Positions 12,948 to 28,422 of a DNA stretch of 64,000 nt are shown here, piece by piece. Every line of letters begins with the position of its first letter. The first letter of the stretch is position 1. The notes beneath the pieces are model-generated. The model ran no database searches and had not been told where the DNA came from. It saw nothing but the letters and a program-made list of their open reading frames with translations. The translations under genes were made by a program, and so were the position numbers. The stretch comes from Eledone cirrhosa. Lineage: Eukaryota. The stretch lies in contig OZ024743.1 of NCBI GenBank assembly GCA_964016885.1, positions 61,628,001 to 61,692,000 on the forward strand. The letters are read 5' to 3'.

Positions 12948-12989
12948 CTATCATTTGATAATGCATAAAAATGTTGAAACCGGTAATAG
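12948..12989 (+). ncRNA. Hammerhead-like motif, U3-A8 core, weak stem I
   Basis: TTGATAA-tgcataaaaatgtt-GAAA-ccgg-TA-atag, downstream of a PLE ORF. Confidence 0.55.
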
Positions 12990-13177
12990 ACAATAATTAA
13001 ATATATAAATAGATAAATAAATGCCAATGTTAAATAATAAATAAACAACAAATACCTTAACACTTCACACAAAGTGAAACATTTCGTTTTAATCATTTTC
13101 TAACCCCCCAAAAGAGACTGAAACAAAAAAGGAAAAAAATATATTTTTCTTCCTAATAATCGTCTCTTTCTCCCTGT

Positions 13178-13251
<74 letters not shown>

Positions 13252-13349
13252 ACCTATCTTATCGAGTGCTTTGCTAACTCATCATTTCATATAAGTAGGC
13301 CGAATTCACTTGCAAACCGCCAGAGATTCGATTTTACTGATTTCCAATT

Positions 13350-14227
<878 letters not shown>

Positions 14228-14228
<1 letters not shown>

Positions 14229-15850
14229 AATACGCACGGTTTGTTGTGGGGTCTAGTCTGCATGAAGAACTCAATGTATTCCATATGTTGAAAATGTTCT
14301 AGGTTAAAATAAATCCCGGAAAACAATAAAACATCAAAAGGGAAACAGAGTCATGATATAAATTAAAACAATGTAATAAAATTTCAAGACATTATAAATA
14401 TACTTCACTGCTTTACGATCGTTTCTAGGTGATTATAATACATCATACGCATATTTTGTTTTCGATCTATGTAGGGTTAGTTACAAAATATCAAGTAAGG
14501 AATATATTTACCTACATGTATATCATCAGCCGTTGTCAAAAGCAATGAAAATTTTATTCAAAATCAATAGTAAATTGAGTTCTATGACCTTATTTGCAGG
14601 TAGCTGAAGAACAAACTAATCAAATGGTTTTTTGCCATATGATGTTAAGATGAAATATAACTCACTTTAGTTGAGGTCATGACCCTTTGAAAGGAATGGT
14701 TGAATGGTGTTAAAAATAGAATTCCTATAAAGAACCTATGAAGAAAAAGGAATTGTTATATTGATAGTGGAATGTAGATGGTGGAGTGAAGTTTAAAAAG
14801 GAATGTAAAAATTATATGTTGAGTTGTGTTGTATGGAATTTTTAGGTGAATATAAATAAGTAAATATAAAATATACAGAAATACCTAGGATAAATATAGA
14901 TAGGTATAGTAATGGTCATAACTAGGAAGGATAGTATATTAAAAGATGAAAATTATAATAAAATAATAAAATATAATAATATAATAATATAATATAATGT
15001 AATATAATATAGTACAGTATGGTACATTGTATATAGTATAATATAACGTATGATGCATCATAAAATATAAAATAGTAAATATTTTCAAGCGGGTCTATGT
15101 ATAAGTAATCAAACTCAGATAAATGCATGTTGACATATAGTCAAAACGCATAATTTTCTTAGATCACAAAAGTACATATATATATTCACATATATAGATA
15201 GAGTTATAATTACACACACATACACATATATACATATATATATATATACATATATATATATTCTCTTATCATACATACATAGATACATGTATACGCATGC
15301 AATTACAGGTGGTTATGTACCTTTATGCCCTTAGTCAGTAACGCATGAATTTATGGAAGCTAAAAAATTAAAAGGTTAAAAAATTAAAACAAACAGGCAG
15401 GCGTATAATTAGGGGAAGGGGATACTAACAAATTGTACGTTACATAGAACTATAGTGAGTTGCTATTTAGAATGTTTAATTCGGTTTATAGTACTTAAAG
15501 TATTAAACCATTCCATTCAATGGGTCATGACCTCAACTAAAGTGAGTTATATTTCATCTTAACATCATATGGCAAAAAACTAGTTGATTGGTTTGTTCTT
15601 CAGCTACCTCCAAATAAGGTCATAGAACTCAATTTACTATTGATTTTGAATAAAATTTTCATTGCTTTTGACAACGGCTGATGATATACATGTACATGTA
15701 GGTAAATATATTCCTTATATGATATTTTGTAACTAACCCTACATAGATCGATAACGAAATATGCGTACGATTTATTATTATCACCTAGAAACGATCGTAA
15801 AGCAGTGAAGTATATTTATAATGACTTGAATTTTTATTTCATTGTTTTAA
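14228..15850. mobile_element. Non-coding element with ~340-bp inverted termini (14365-14712 / 15503-15850); tail on the left
   Basis: Arms are reverse complements; homologous to the 10.3/18/22-kb pLTR family. Confidence 0.85.
15658..15809 (+). ncRNA. Hammerhead, U3-A8 core, long stem II; inverted copy at 14404-14549
   Basis: ttcattgctt-TTGACAA-[~113 nt]-GAAA-cgatcg-TA-aagcagtgaa; 10-bp stem I. Confidence 0.75.
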
Positions 15851-15852
15851 CT

Positions 15853-15928
<76 letters not shown>

Positions 15929-15946
15929 AATATGTATATATATATG

Positions 15947-15994
<48 letters not shown>

Positions 15995-16104
15995 ACGAAG
16001 GAAATGTGGTAAGGAACCAGATGGACCATAACGTACCAAAGTACTCAATACTTAGGGTAGTAGAGTGGGTAATAGGAACAAGTATGACCCCGACGGCAGA
16101 GCTC

Positions 16105-16877
<773 letters not shown>

Positions 16878-17589
16878 TATATATATATATACATATATTT
16901 ATATATATATATATATATATACAAAATTTAGTACAGCATCAACGAAGCCATGGTTGCAGCCAAGCTAACGAATGCAGTTTCGGTGTGCAGCTAAGCACTC
17001 GGATAGGGTATATAACCCTAGAGTTATAATATTACGTTTAGCCAGCTTTGCAAAATGAATACAGCGACCGATAGAAGGGCCGCGGTGACCATAGCCACGA
17101 AAAAGTCTGAACACAGGAAAAATTTGACTAACCTGGATCGACATGTTGACATCATACATAACACATAATACATATAATATATACCATATAACATACATCA
17201 CATATAATCCACAATATCTACGCTAGGTTTCCGTAAATCCGAAATCAACAAAATCCACTTATAGGGGTCTGCAAGTTAATGTTTTTTGAAGATAGAACAA
17301 TGGAGTTTCACTTCATCAACAGGATTTTCGTTCTGGTCCGCTCGGGTGTTTTATGCTAGAGCAAGCGCTGCTCGCATACACATGGTTTTCCCAAAGGGAG
17401 GTAACCCCCGATTTTGGCGCTCAATTCAAAATTTGGAACAAAGGAATAGAAATTCCCTTACACAAACCGAATTAAGCACTCAACTATATATAAGCCCTCA
17501 ACTATATATATATATATCTGGTATATATATACATATATATATATATATATGTATTTATACATATATATATATATATATGTATATATATG

Positions 17590-17631
<42 letters not shown>

Positions 17632-17753
17632 TGTATATATATGTATATATATGTATATATATATATGTATATATATATACTTATATATATATATATGTCT
17701 ATATATATATATGTATATACATATATATGTATATATATATACTTATATATATA

Positions 17754-17848
<95 letters not shown>

Positions 17849-18850
17849 CTATATATATATATATATATAGATAAATCTACCAAAAGTTTACGGTAGTGTC
17901 CAATCCGTATGAAGAACTCAATGTAATCCGGATATCATGAAAAGAGAAGATGCATTCAAAAACTACTTTCGGTGAAAAATAAACGGAAAACAGAGTCAAG
18001 ATAAATTAATGAAATAATGAATAAACAAAGAAGCAGTTCCTTATATTAAAAAAATTCATCATTTTACGATCGTTTCTAGGATATATATGTGTTAGAGTTG
18101 GTATGCATATTCTATAGATCTATGTACAATATTTATACAAACTATCAGAGGGAATATACATACCTACACATATATATGCTGTCTTTAGAACTAATGATAT
18201 TTGTTTATTGAAAAAACAAAGATTCAATACAATAGGTCTGTCTGGGAACAGGTTTTGAATTGACCAATAGAGATATAGTGAGGGTCAAGATAGTAATATA
18301 GTAGAAGAAGAACCTTAAATTATGGGTAGAGGAAGGTAGATTTCAGTTTTGGATCGAAAAGAATATTATGAATGAAGGATTATTTTAGGGAAGAAATAGG
18401 TCTTATGCTGACCTCAGAAATAATTATATTTGTTCATTGAATAAAACCAACAAAGATCTAATATATTCTGTCTGTTTGGTAAGAGATTTAGAATTAACCA
18501 ATAGAAAGTTAATAATTGGCCAAATGGTAAACTAGTAGTAATTGAAGCTTATTTTAGGGGTGAAAATAGGTCAGGTGGTCAGTAAAAGGTATACAAGCAG
18601 TTGCTGTTATAAAATAGTAATGCCAATACAAATATCTAAGGTGACTAAAGTTTTACGATAAGAATGTTAGTGAAAAAAATACATCTATGAAAAGAATATA
18701 AATTAATTTAATTGATGGGTATATTTATATTGATAAAATTATACTAATACATATAGATATGATAAATAAATAAGAGTTAGATGCAGTTGAAAAGTGCTGT
18801 TAAAGATGAGGGGAAATTAAAAGAATATAAAAATAATATATATATATACT

Positions 18851-18884
<34 letters not shown>

Positions 18885-18915
18885 TATACACATATACACA
18901 CATATACACACATAT

Positions 18916-18988
<73 letters not shown>

Positions 18989-19142
18989 CATGCATATATA
19001 CATACATACACATATATATATACACACATACACACTTACATATACATATAATTATTAGGGGGGGGATTAAATTTATTAGTGAGAAATAATAAATATATAT
19101 AGTTTTCAAGGAACATAGAGTCATAACCTGAAGTTAAAGCAT

Positions 19143-19330
19143 TGTGGATTGGCAGTATCGGTAGAGGATCGGACGCCATGCTTTGACGCATAGAGTTACG
19201 GCCCTTGCCATTCTGAGTTCAAATCCCGCCGAGGTTAACTTTGCCTTTCATCCTTACGAGGTCGATAAAATAAAGTACCAGTAATGTACTGGGTAATTGC
19301 TGGCCTTGTGCCAAAAGTAGAAACAATTAT
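19143..19330 (+). mobile_element. Meta-domain SINE inserted in the left arm only
   Basis: Absent at the equivalent site ~21297 of the right arm. Confidence 0.9.
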
Positions 19331-19472
19331 ATATGTTTACTTAATGGTATCAGTTTTAGTAAATGATAGTTGTAAGAAGGAAAGCAAAATTATGTAGTTC
19401 ATCAGTAGTAGAATATTAATTATAGGTTAACTAAATTAAAAATAGTTTATATATTAATTTCTAAAGTGTATA

Positions 19473-20800
19473 TTAATTAGGTTTATAATATTTAAAGGTT
19501 TTTCTCAGTTTATGATTACACGATATTATTAATTCCTGTCGCTTATTTAATAGGATATCCTTAGATTTCATTATTTCAAAAAGTTCTTGGGAACATAATC
19601 TACATTCATATCTACTATTTTGATAAGGGGTGGCCCTTTTGAGCACACTCCAGGTCAGGTCATAATCTATATTCCTCTTTCTATAACTATTAATTATTTC
19701 AGCTAGAGATGTTGTATTAGCTAGTGCGGCATTTTTAAAACTATGTTTGTGGGTATTAAATATTACCTTAAATTTGTTAGAGGTAGCTCCTATATATGAA
19801 TAAATTGAGTCCTTAGTGTTAACTTTAGATTTATATACTATATTATTAACAAGGCAATTATCTTTTAATGGACAGTTTGCCTTGTTTCTACAGTTACAAC
19901 TTTTCGTGAATCCTGTATCTGAGGAGATATTATGGTTAGTTTGATGTACTGGTGGTATACTCATGTTTTTTTTTACATTTATATGCATTATAGGCACTTA
20001 TATTTTGTTTTATGTTTTTGGTTGTTGAGTAGGAGAATTTAACCGTTGATCTATTTAAGATTTGATGGTATTTGTGGTTTGGCGGGAAGTTTTTCTCTAG
20101 GATATTAAAGAATTTTTTAGGTATATTATCCTTAATTTGTAAATTAAATGGAGCATTATACCAAGTAACTCGTCTATTACGGTTTCGATGTTGTTTATTG
20201 TTTTTATAGGATGCATCCTGATGTTTATTAAGAGAATTATTGTTAATGACCTCACCACACACATTTTTAGTTAGATTTATTGATTTAGGTGTTTTAGCTT
20301 GTTTATTAGGAGTTTTATTATTAACATTTATTAGAGTTGTAGGATGAGTAGTTTTTTGAGAGTTACTATACTGTATATTAGAAGAGTTAGAGAAATTTGG
20401 TTTTATGTTGGTGTTTTGGGGTATAGTGTGAGTGGCATTTAGGTGTGTATGTTTCATTTGGTGTTTGTTGGTAATATTAGGTTGTATGTTTGTAGAAGGT
20501 ATATATACTAATCTATTTTTGTAGCCACTTCTAGCTAGATCTTCGTTATAAAAGGTCGCATTTTTATCAAATACATCTTGGTTAGACGAAAGGTTAGAAA
20601 TTCTAAGTGATATATTATATGCAAGGTTTTTAAGGATAGATTTAGGGTAATTAGATTGTGAGTGTATGTAGTGTAAATTTTGGTTGGGTTTATGGTAAGG
20701 TTGGTAGATACCCGTAGATAAGTCTAATGTTATATCTAGGAAATTAACTACTTTACTTGTGTTTTCAAATGTAATATCTAGACTATAATAGTCTTTAAGG
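19473..20800 (-). pseudogene. PLE RT C-terminus + GIY-YIG (YRDD/Naiad-like)
   Basis: VNFLDITLDL..YQPYHKPN; VTWYNAPF; CNCR..CPL; IVY..YIG; CRLC..E; frameshift near the poly-A run at ~19970. Confidence 0.9.
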
Positions 20801-20801
20801 A

Positions 20802-21151
20802 CCAGAAACACATATAGTAATCTATTCGATATTACTATGGGCTCAAGCGATTCTGCCCAAATTACTGATCTTGTGGGCCTCTTTCTTCTTTTTAACATAA
20901 ATGCTTCCTTTCCCCACCTTAAAGGTGGTTTATATCGTGACGACTGTCTTCTTCTTTCCAATAACCTTAGCCTCTCAGAGATAGAAAAAAATAAAAAGCT
21001 TATTAGAACTTTCCTTAAAGACTATTATAGTCTAGATATTACATTTGAAATAATGAAATCTAAGGATATCCTATTAAATAAGCGACAGGAATTAATAATA
21101 TCGTGTAATCATAAACTGAGAAAAACCTTTAAATATTATAAACCTAATTAA
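20802..21151 (+). pseudogene. Inverted RT core fragment joined directly to the ORF C-terminus
   Basis: MGSSDSAQITDLVG..YRDD..LDITFE joined to IMKSKDILLNKR; ~1.2 kb skipped at tttgaaa microhomology. Confidence 0.85.
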
Positions 21152-21453
21152 TATACACTTTAGAAATTAATATATAAACTATTTTTAATTTAGTTAACCT
21201 ATAATTAATATTCTACTACTGATGAACTACATAATTTTGCTTTCCTTCTTACAACTATCATTTACTAAAACTGATACCATTAAGTAAACATATATAATGC
21301 TTTAACTTCAGGTTATGACTCTATGTTCCTTGAAAACTATATATATTTATTATTTCTCACTAATAAATTTAATTCCCCCCCACCAAATAATTATATGTAT
21401 ATGTAAGTGTGTATGTGTGTATATATATATGTGTATGTATGTATATATGCATG

Positions 21454-21554
<101 letters not shown>

Positions 21555-22266
21555 GTGTGTGTATATGTGTGTGTGTATGTGTATATATATGTATATATAT
21601 ATATATATATAAGTATATATATATATATTATTTTTATATTCTTTTAATTTCCCCTCATCTTTAACAGCACTTTTCAACTGCATCTAACTCTTATTTATTT
21701 ATCATATCTATATGTATTAGTATAATTTTATCAATATAAATATACCCATCAATTAAATTAATTTATATTCTTTTCATAGATGTATTTTTTTCACTAACAT
21801 TCTTATCGTAAAACTTTAGTCACCTTAGATATTTGTATTGGCATTACTATTTTATAACAGCAACTGCTTGTATACCTTTTACTGACCACCTGACCTATTT
21901 TCACCCCTAAAATAAGCTTCAATTACTACTATTTTACCATTTGGCCAATTATTAACTTTCTATTGGTTAATTCTAAACCTCTTACCAAACAGACAGAATA
22001 TATCAGATCTTTGTTGGTTTTATTCAATGAACAAATAAAATTATTTCTGAGGTCAGCATAAGACCTATTTCTTCCCTAAAATAATCCTTCATTCATAATA
22101 TTCTTTTCGATCCAAAACTGAAATCTACCTTCCTCTACCCATAATTTAAGGTTCTTCTACTACTATATTACTATCTTGACCCTCACTATATCTCTATTTG
22201 TCAATTCAAAACCTGTTCCCAAACAGACCTATTGTATTGAATCTTTGTTTTTTTCAATAAACAAAT

Positions 22267-22410
22267 ATCATTATTTCTGAAGACAGCATATATATGTGTA
22301 GGTATGTATATTCCCTCTGATAGTTTGTATAAATATTGTACATAGATCTATAGAATATGCATACCAACTCTAACACATATATATCCTAGAAACGATCGTA
22401 AAATGCTGAT
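22267..22410 (+). ncRNA. Long-stem-II hammerhead; the inverted copy at 18055-18198 has its core mutated to CTAAAGA
   Basis: Same architecture as 10708-10851. Confidence 0.75.
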
Positions 22411-22458
22411 TTTTTTAAATATAAGGAACTGTTTCTTTGTTTATTCATTATTTCATTA

Positions 22459-22547
<89 letters not shown>

Positions 22548-22587
22548 AAGTATTAAAGCGATCAAATTTTAGTTCAGAACATTTATT

Positions 22588-22633
22588 TGCTGACAATTGT
22601 TTCTTCCAGGGGAAGTCTGGATCCATCGGAGCA
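22588..22633 (-). ncRNA. Hammerhead-like motif with variant core CCGATGG
   Basis: tgct-CCGATGG-atccag..ctggaa-GAAA-caattg-TC-agca; related to the 57-kb family. Confidence 0.6.
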
Positions 22634-23588
22634 TAAGGAATGTCGAAACATGTAACTAAAATCCTAGTCATTTAGAACATTTAGGGTACATAATTGTTTT
22701 TAGTGTCAAAGGCATCATGTGGAGAGCCAGGAGTTAAAAAGATGTTCTGCTTGAAAGAACACAATTACAGGCAGCACTGGTTGGAAGAGTAACAGGTAAA
22801 AGTAAAAAGCACAAGCAAAAAAATCACAGGCAAAGAAGTTATAAGCAAGGAAAATTGGTGTACAATGCAGGAGTCAAGACAGTCAATAAGTCATGTATGA
22901 GGAAAGAGTTATAATGCAGTTGAAATAAACATATTTTGTGTGGAGTGTTAAATCATGTTATAATTGTTATAAATGTTTAAGTTAGTGTGCAATTTGTTAG
23001 AGAGGCATGTGGTGATAATGTAGGTATTTGTTATGTAAGGTGTAATGCAAAGCACGTGATAGAGTTGGGTATGTGATTTTCATTTAAGTGTTTTTGTGTT
23101 GTAATTCGTATGTATGTGTATGTGTTGTTTGTTACTCACAGCTCTTAACCATGGGATTATTTTGAGTCGTTTATCGTCAATGGGTGTTTGTTTGTTAAAT
23201 GTAAACTCCGCCGAATTAGTGGCCATGTTGTTATTTTAGGTATATTATTTTATGCATTTTTTATCTACAAATTATCTTTTCTAGGGTTTGTATGAACCGT
23301 TATTAAGCTGTTGGTAAACCGTTATGTTGGTCAATTTTATAAGTTTACACAGGGGAGTTGTAAAGGGGGTTAATAACAAAGGGAGGTAATTAAGGCTGTT
23401 GATAAATTAAGGGTTGTTTTAATATTGTGGTAGTGTTATACATTAATCTTTATAGAGTATATAAAATATTATTGGTTATATAACTGTTATCTTTTAAACT
23501 TGTGTGGAGGGAGGGTTTAAAAACATGTTTTATTTAGTTTATTATAACTAGATAGTTTATACATAGTTAGTAAATGTATATATAATAT

Positions 23589-23672
<84 letters not shown>

Positions 23673-23726
23673 CTTATATATATGTACATATATATATATA
23701 TACATATATATATATACTTATATATA

Positions 23727-23764
<38 letters not shown>

Positions 23765-23767
<3 letters not shown>

Positions 23768-26700
23768 CTATCTATCTAAGGCGGGTAAAATTCCCGAGAT
23801 CCATGGACGAGTTCTCTCCAGCGGTCTCTGTCCCTCATTATCGCTGCCATATCCTGCATCTCCAACAGACCAGTGTCTGTCCTTAGGGCATCAACATATG
23901 TTAACCTTGGTCTTCCTCTTCTAGTGTGTCCATGTAGGGGCTCCCAAAGGAGCACTGAGTGCAATGTCAACTCTGGATGTCGGTGAGCATGTCCAGCCAA
24001 CCTCAGTCTCCTCTGTGTCACTTTTGAGCTGACTTTTGGGATGCTCCCATACAGCTCTGAGTTTTTCATCCTCAGTGTATACTGATTAATGTTCAGAGCC
24101 ATCCTCAGCATTCTCGTGTAGCACCCATCCACCATCTGAGTGAGTCTCTTGGTCAGTGTCCAAGTCTCAGACCCATACAACAGCACAGACTCCACTACAG
24201 CAATGAAGAGGCGGATTTTCAGGTCTCTACGAAGGTCCGACTTCCACACCGATCTCAAGCTGTGACACGCCGCCCAGGCCTTGCTCTTCCTCTCAACCAC
24301 ATCATCCTCCGTATTCCCAATCTTTGCTCCCAAATACAGGAAGTCCTCAACCAATTCCAGCGGCTTCCCGCCTACATTAGTGATCCCCTCTGGCTTCTCA
24401 ACATTCTCTACCAGATATTTTGTTTTAGTCTCATTCATTCTCAGCCCCACACTCATCGACACAGTCTCAACCTCCCGCATCAAATCCTCTGCCTCCTTCA
24501 CTGTATTTGTCACCAAAACTATGTCGTCAGCAAATTCAGCATCCGATACCTTTTTCGCCCCAACTCTCCTGCTCTGAGCCGGTGCTACAGTAAAGCCAGT
24601 GTCCTGGTGTTTCTCCAGTGCAAGGCGCATACAATAGTCCACTACGATGATAAAAAGGTAGGGAGCCAATGTATCTCCCTGGAGCACTCCAGCCGGGTAT
24701 CTCAAAGAACTCTGTCATCCCATCAGGTGTAATGACTTGGGCTTTGGTGTTGGTGTAGAGCAGTGATATCAGGTCCACTATCCTCTTGGGGATTCCATAA
24801 GCCTGTAAGATCTTCATCAGGCAGTAACGGTCCACAGAATCAAAGGCCTTCCTAAAGTCAATGAAAACCATGACCGCAGGAAGGCACTTTGCTCTAGCTC
24901 CCTCTAATATCCTCCTCAGCATCAGGATGTGACTGGTGGTTGATCTACCCTCTCTGAAGCCGTTCTGGTTGTCCCTGAGCTTCTTCTCCATCTCAGGCTG
25001 GATCCTGTTAAGAATCATCCTGTTGAGGGTCTTTGCCACAAGTGACGTCAGTGATATCCCCCGGTAGTTGTTGGTGTTAGAGAGATCTCCCTTCTTTGGC
25101 ACTGGGACGATGTTACTGATCCTCCACTGATTCGGGGCAACTCCTTTCTCCAGTGCCCCGTTACAGAACCCCAGGATGATATCATCAAAATCACACCTCT
25201 TCATCACCTCTGATGCCACTCCATCTTCTCCATGAGCCTTGCCCTCCTTGATCTTCTTCTTGGCTCTCTGAAGCTCCTCTCTGGTGAAGGGCTCTGTCTC
25301 AACATCCAGTTCCTCAAACAGCCGCCTGATCTCCCCAGTGCTCTGGGCTGTGGAGGGTGGCTCTCCTAGTAGGGTCCTAAAATGGTCTAGCCATTTCCTC
25401 TTCCTATCCTCGGGCCCCGTTCCCTGGATCTGACTCGAACACCTTTTCTTCCTCCCTGTGATCTCGTTGATGATCATCCAGCTCTCCTTACATCCAGATC
25501 TGTCAACCGCTCTCTCCACACTTCTGATCTTCTCTATCAGTGCCTCCTCTCTGACCTCAGTGTAAGCGGTACAGAGCTCTTCCCTCATCACTTCCACAGT
25601 CTCCAACCTCTCCTCCGTAGGATCAGCATAGAATTGGTCCCTGGCAGCTTTCAGGTGTTCTCTGGCTGCACACACTTTTGGGTTTGCAGAGCTGACGCGC
25701 TTCCCTTTGTTCTTTTTCCTCGGCACCAGGGTTTCACTTGCTTTCGCCACTGCATTGGTGAAGTGCCCGTACCTCCTCGTCACACTCTCCTCAGTCCATC
25801 CAATCTCTCTCTCCTCTGACTCTCCACACAGAGCACTAAACCTGTTTCTCACTTCCACTGTGAACCTCTCCTGTAGCTTATCATCTTCCTTGAAAGCTCC
25901 CCAGTCATAGATTGTTCTCCGGGGCTGAGCCTTGCTCTTTCTTAAGCTCACGCGGACCTCACTCATAACAAGCCGGTGGTCACTACCCAGTGTACTGAAA
26001 TAGCTGTATGGTTCCGTGTTCAGAACACTATTCCGCCACTTTTTCCTCACCAGAATGAAATCAATCTGGGACTTGGACAGGTGCATATCTGAGATGTAGG
26101 TCCACATCTTCCCCAGATTCTTCCTAAACCTTAGGTTGGTCGCCATCAAGTTCGCCTCCAGCAGGGTGTCTCTCAGTAGTCTTCCATTTCGGTTGGTGTT
26201 GTTATGGAAGTACCAGCAAGGATCTTCACTGCCCTCCTTACTCAGATGTGCATTGAAGTCCCCCAAAACAAGCAGGATATTGTGTGCCTGAGTGGTGTTG
26301 ACAGCTCTACACACCTCCTCATGGAACTCCTCGCCATTCACATCACTGTCCCCCTCGGTTGGACTATAGGCTGAGATGACTGTCAGTCTTGGGTTTCCAT
26401 TGAAGGTCACCCTCAACACTCGCGGGGAGATAGGCACTATTTCCCTCACCAACAGATTGGTTTTTGCACTGAACACAAAACCCGCTCCTCCTACTGCAGC
26501 ATTTGTTGTGTTCTTCACTGCCGATGTAGTGATGAGCTGGCTCTTCCTCCCGATCAATCATCACACTCCTCACGGGCTCATCGTGTAGAATCCTGTGTTC
26601 TTGGATCGCAAGTATCTGTATACCACTCTCCTCGAACAGATGTCCCAACTCCTCTCTCTTCTCCAGCGTTCGAATAGTCCTCACATTCAAAGTGCCCATT

Positions 26701-27088
26701 TTGATGGCTCTTCTGCAGGACAAAACTGCATTCTTTATATTTGTCTCAGAGACAGCTGATCCATCATCCACTGGCCCTCTCTGTAGCTCTAAGCCAGCAG
26801 AGTCATAACGACCAGGCTGCTCCTTGACAGTGTAATTAGGGGCTCTAACCCTAGTGCTGTTAGATCGACTCTCCATATTTCTTTTCAATGGCTGACAATA
26901 CCTTACCGGCGCCACTCGAATAAGGTAGTTATTTAACCCATAAATGGAGCCCTAACAGGTACTACCACCCCGGGCCAGGGCAGACCTGGGAGTCATGACA
27001 ACTAAGGGGTAACTCCACATTCCCCACATCTCCTGAACTCCCGAACTGGAGCCTTGCCACTGGATGTAGTTTAATGTCATACCCAGGA

Positions 27089-27090
<2 letters not shown>
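23765..27090 (-). mobile_element. Near full-length RTE-clade LINE (AP endonuclease + RT)
   Basis: GTLNVRT, QEHR, GDFNAH, SDH; NYRGISL, DFRKAFD, GVLQGDTLAP, FADD; (TAGA)n tail; two frameshifts (~26556, ~24695); 5' UTR resembles the Ceph/RTE 5' domain; inserted in (TA)n. Confidence 0.95.
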
Positions 27091-27135
<45 letters not shown>

Positions 27136-27154
27136 TTATATATATATACATATA

Positions 27155-27226
<72 letters not shown>

Positions 27227-27994
27227 CAGATATATATATATATACAGGAGGGGGGGGGGGGTGATTGTGGTTTCACATCTGTGCAAACTACAATTATGCG
27301 AAGAACGTACTAGAAATTGATTTGTAGGGTGGAGTGGCGTTATTTGTCCAAATTTGAATCTATATCAATCATTATTCGGAGTTTATATGCTGAGTATGAC
27401 CGATAGTGGTGTTCTATTTATAGTGATAATTATGTTTCCTAACAATAATAGTGGTGTTGTATTTATCTTTAATATTTAGTCAGAGAGATAGAGAAGGGCG
27501 GTAACCCTTTCCATTATCTATGAAACTGGTGGGTGTGGGAAAGAAAGTAAGAGATACTAAAAGTGAAGACCTGGGCCGAATGCTTGCAGCAGTGCAGACT
27601 CAAACACTAAATGTTGGTCTTAAACAGGGTGGCAGATAAAGTCTACCACCTATCTATACATTGAAACAAGGCATGGGCACGCTTTTTTTTAGCAGTTGGC
27701 CGTATAGGATGTGACCCAACATAAGGCGGACCGCACTACTAAAACATTCAAGGCAATTTTGAAATTAGGCGTGCAATTCAGAAAGCCGAACGGGTCGTAG
27801 TTTGCCAGGACTGATTTAAAAATTGATCTAGTTATACATACTTTTTTTAAAAGTAATTTCTGAAACACTATGAATAAAAACAAAGTAATTTATTTTTATC
27901 TAAGTAATTGACTGGTTCTATTTCTACTATGGTAGTATATTGTCATCTGCTATGTATTTCTATCATAATCGTTATTATTATTATTATCATTTCT

Positions 27995-28422
27995 GGCGAT
28001 GGATTGGCACTATCGGTAGAGGGTCAGACGCTATGCTTTGACGCGTAGAGTTACGGCCCTTGCCATTCTGAGTTCAAATCCCGCTGAGGTTAACTTTGCC
28101 TTCTTTCATCCTTACGAGGTCGATAAAATAAAGTACCAGTAATACACTGGGTAATTGCTGGCCTTGTGCCAAAAGTAGAAACAATTATTATTATCATTTC
28201 CAGGGTGGTGGATTGGCAGTATCGGTAGAGAGTCGGACATCATGCTTTGCAGAGTAGAGTTACGGCCATTTACGGTCTGGGTTCAAATCCCGGCGAAGTT
28301 AGTTTTGCCTTTCATTTTTACGGTGCCGATAAAATATTACCAGTCACGCACTGGAGTAGATTTATCGACTATCCCCTTCGTCATCAAATTGCTAGCCTTG
28401 TGCCAACAGTAGAAACAATTAT
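27995..28422 (+). mobile_element. Two tandem Meta-domain SINEs; further copies at ~28815-28975(+), 35665-36100(-, two), 46515-46975(-, two), degenerate 4500-4610(-) and 44550-44690(-)
   Basis: Match to 10958-11363. Confidence 0.85.

Noticed and set aside
17213-17328. Long-stem-II HHR candidate on -; similar weak cases at 41990-42027 and 49250-49281
   Set aside because: Core or stem I is too degenerate to call
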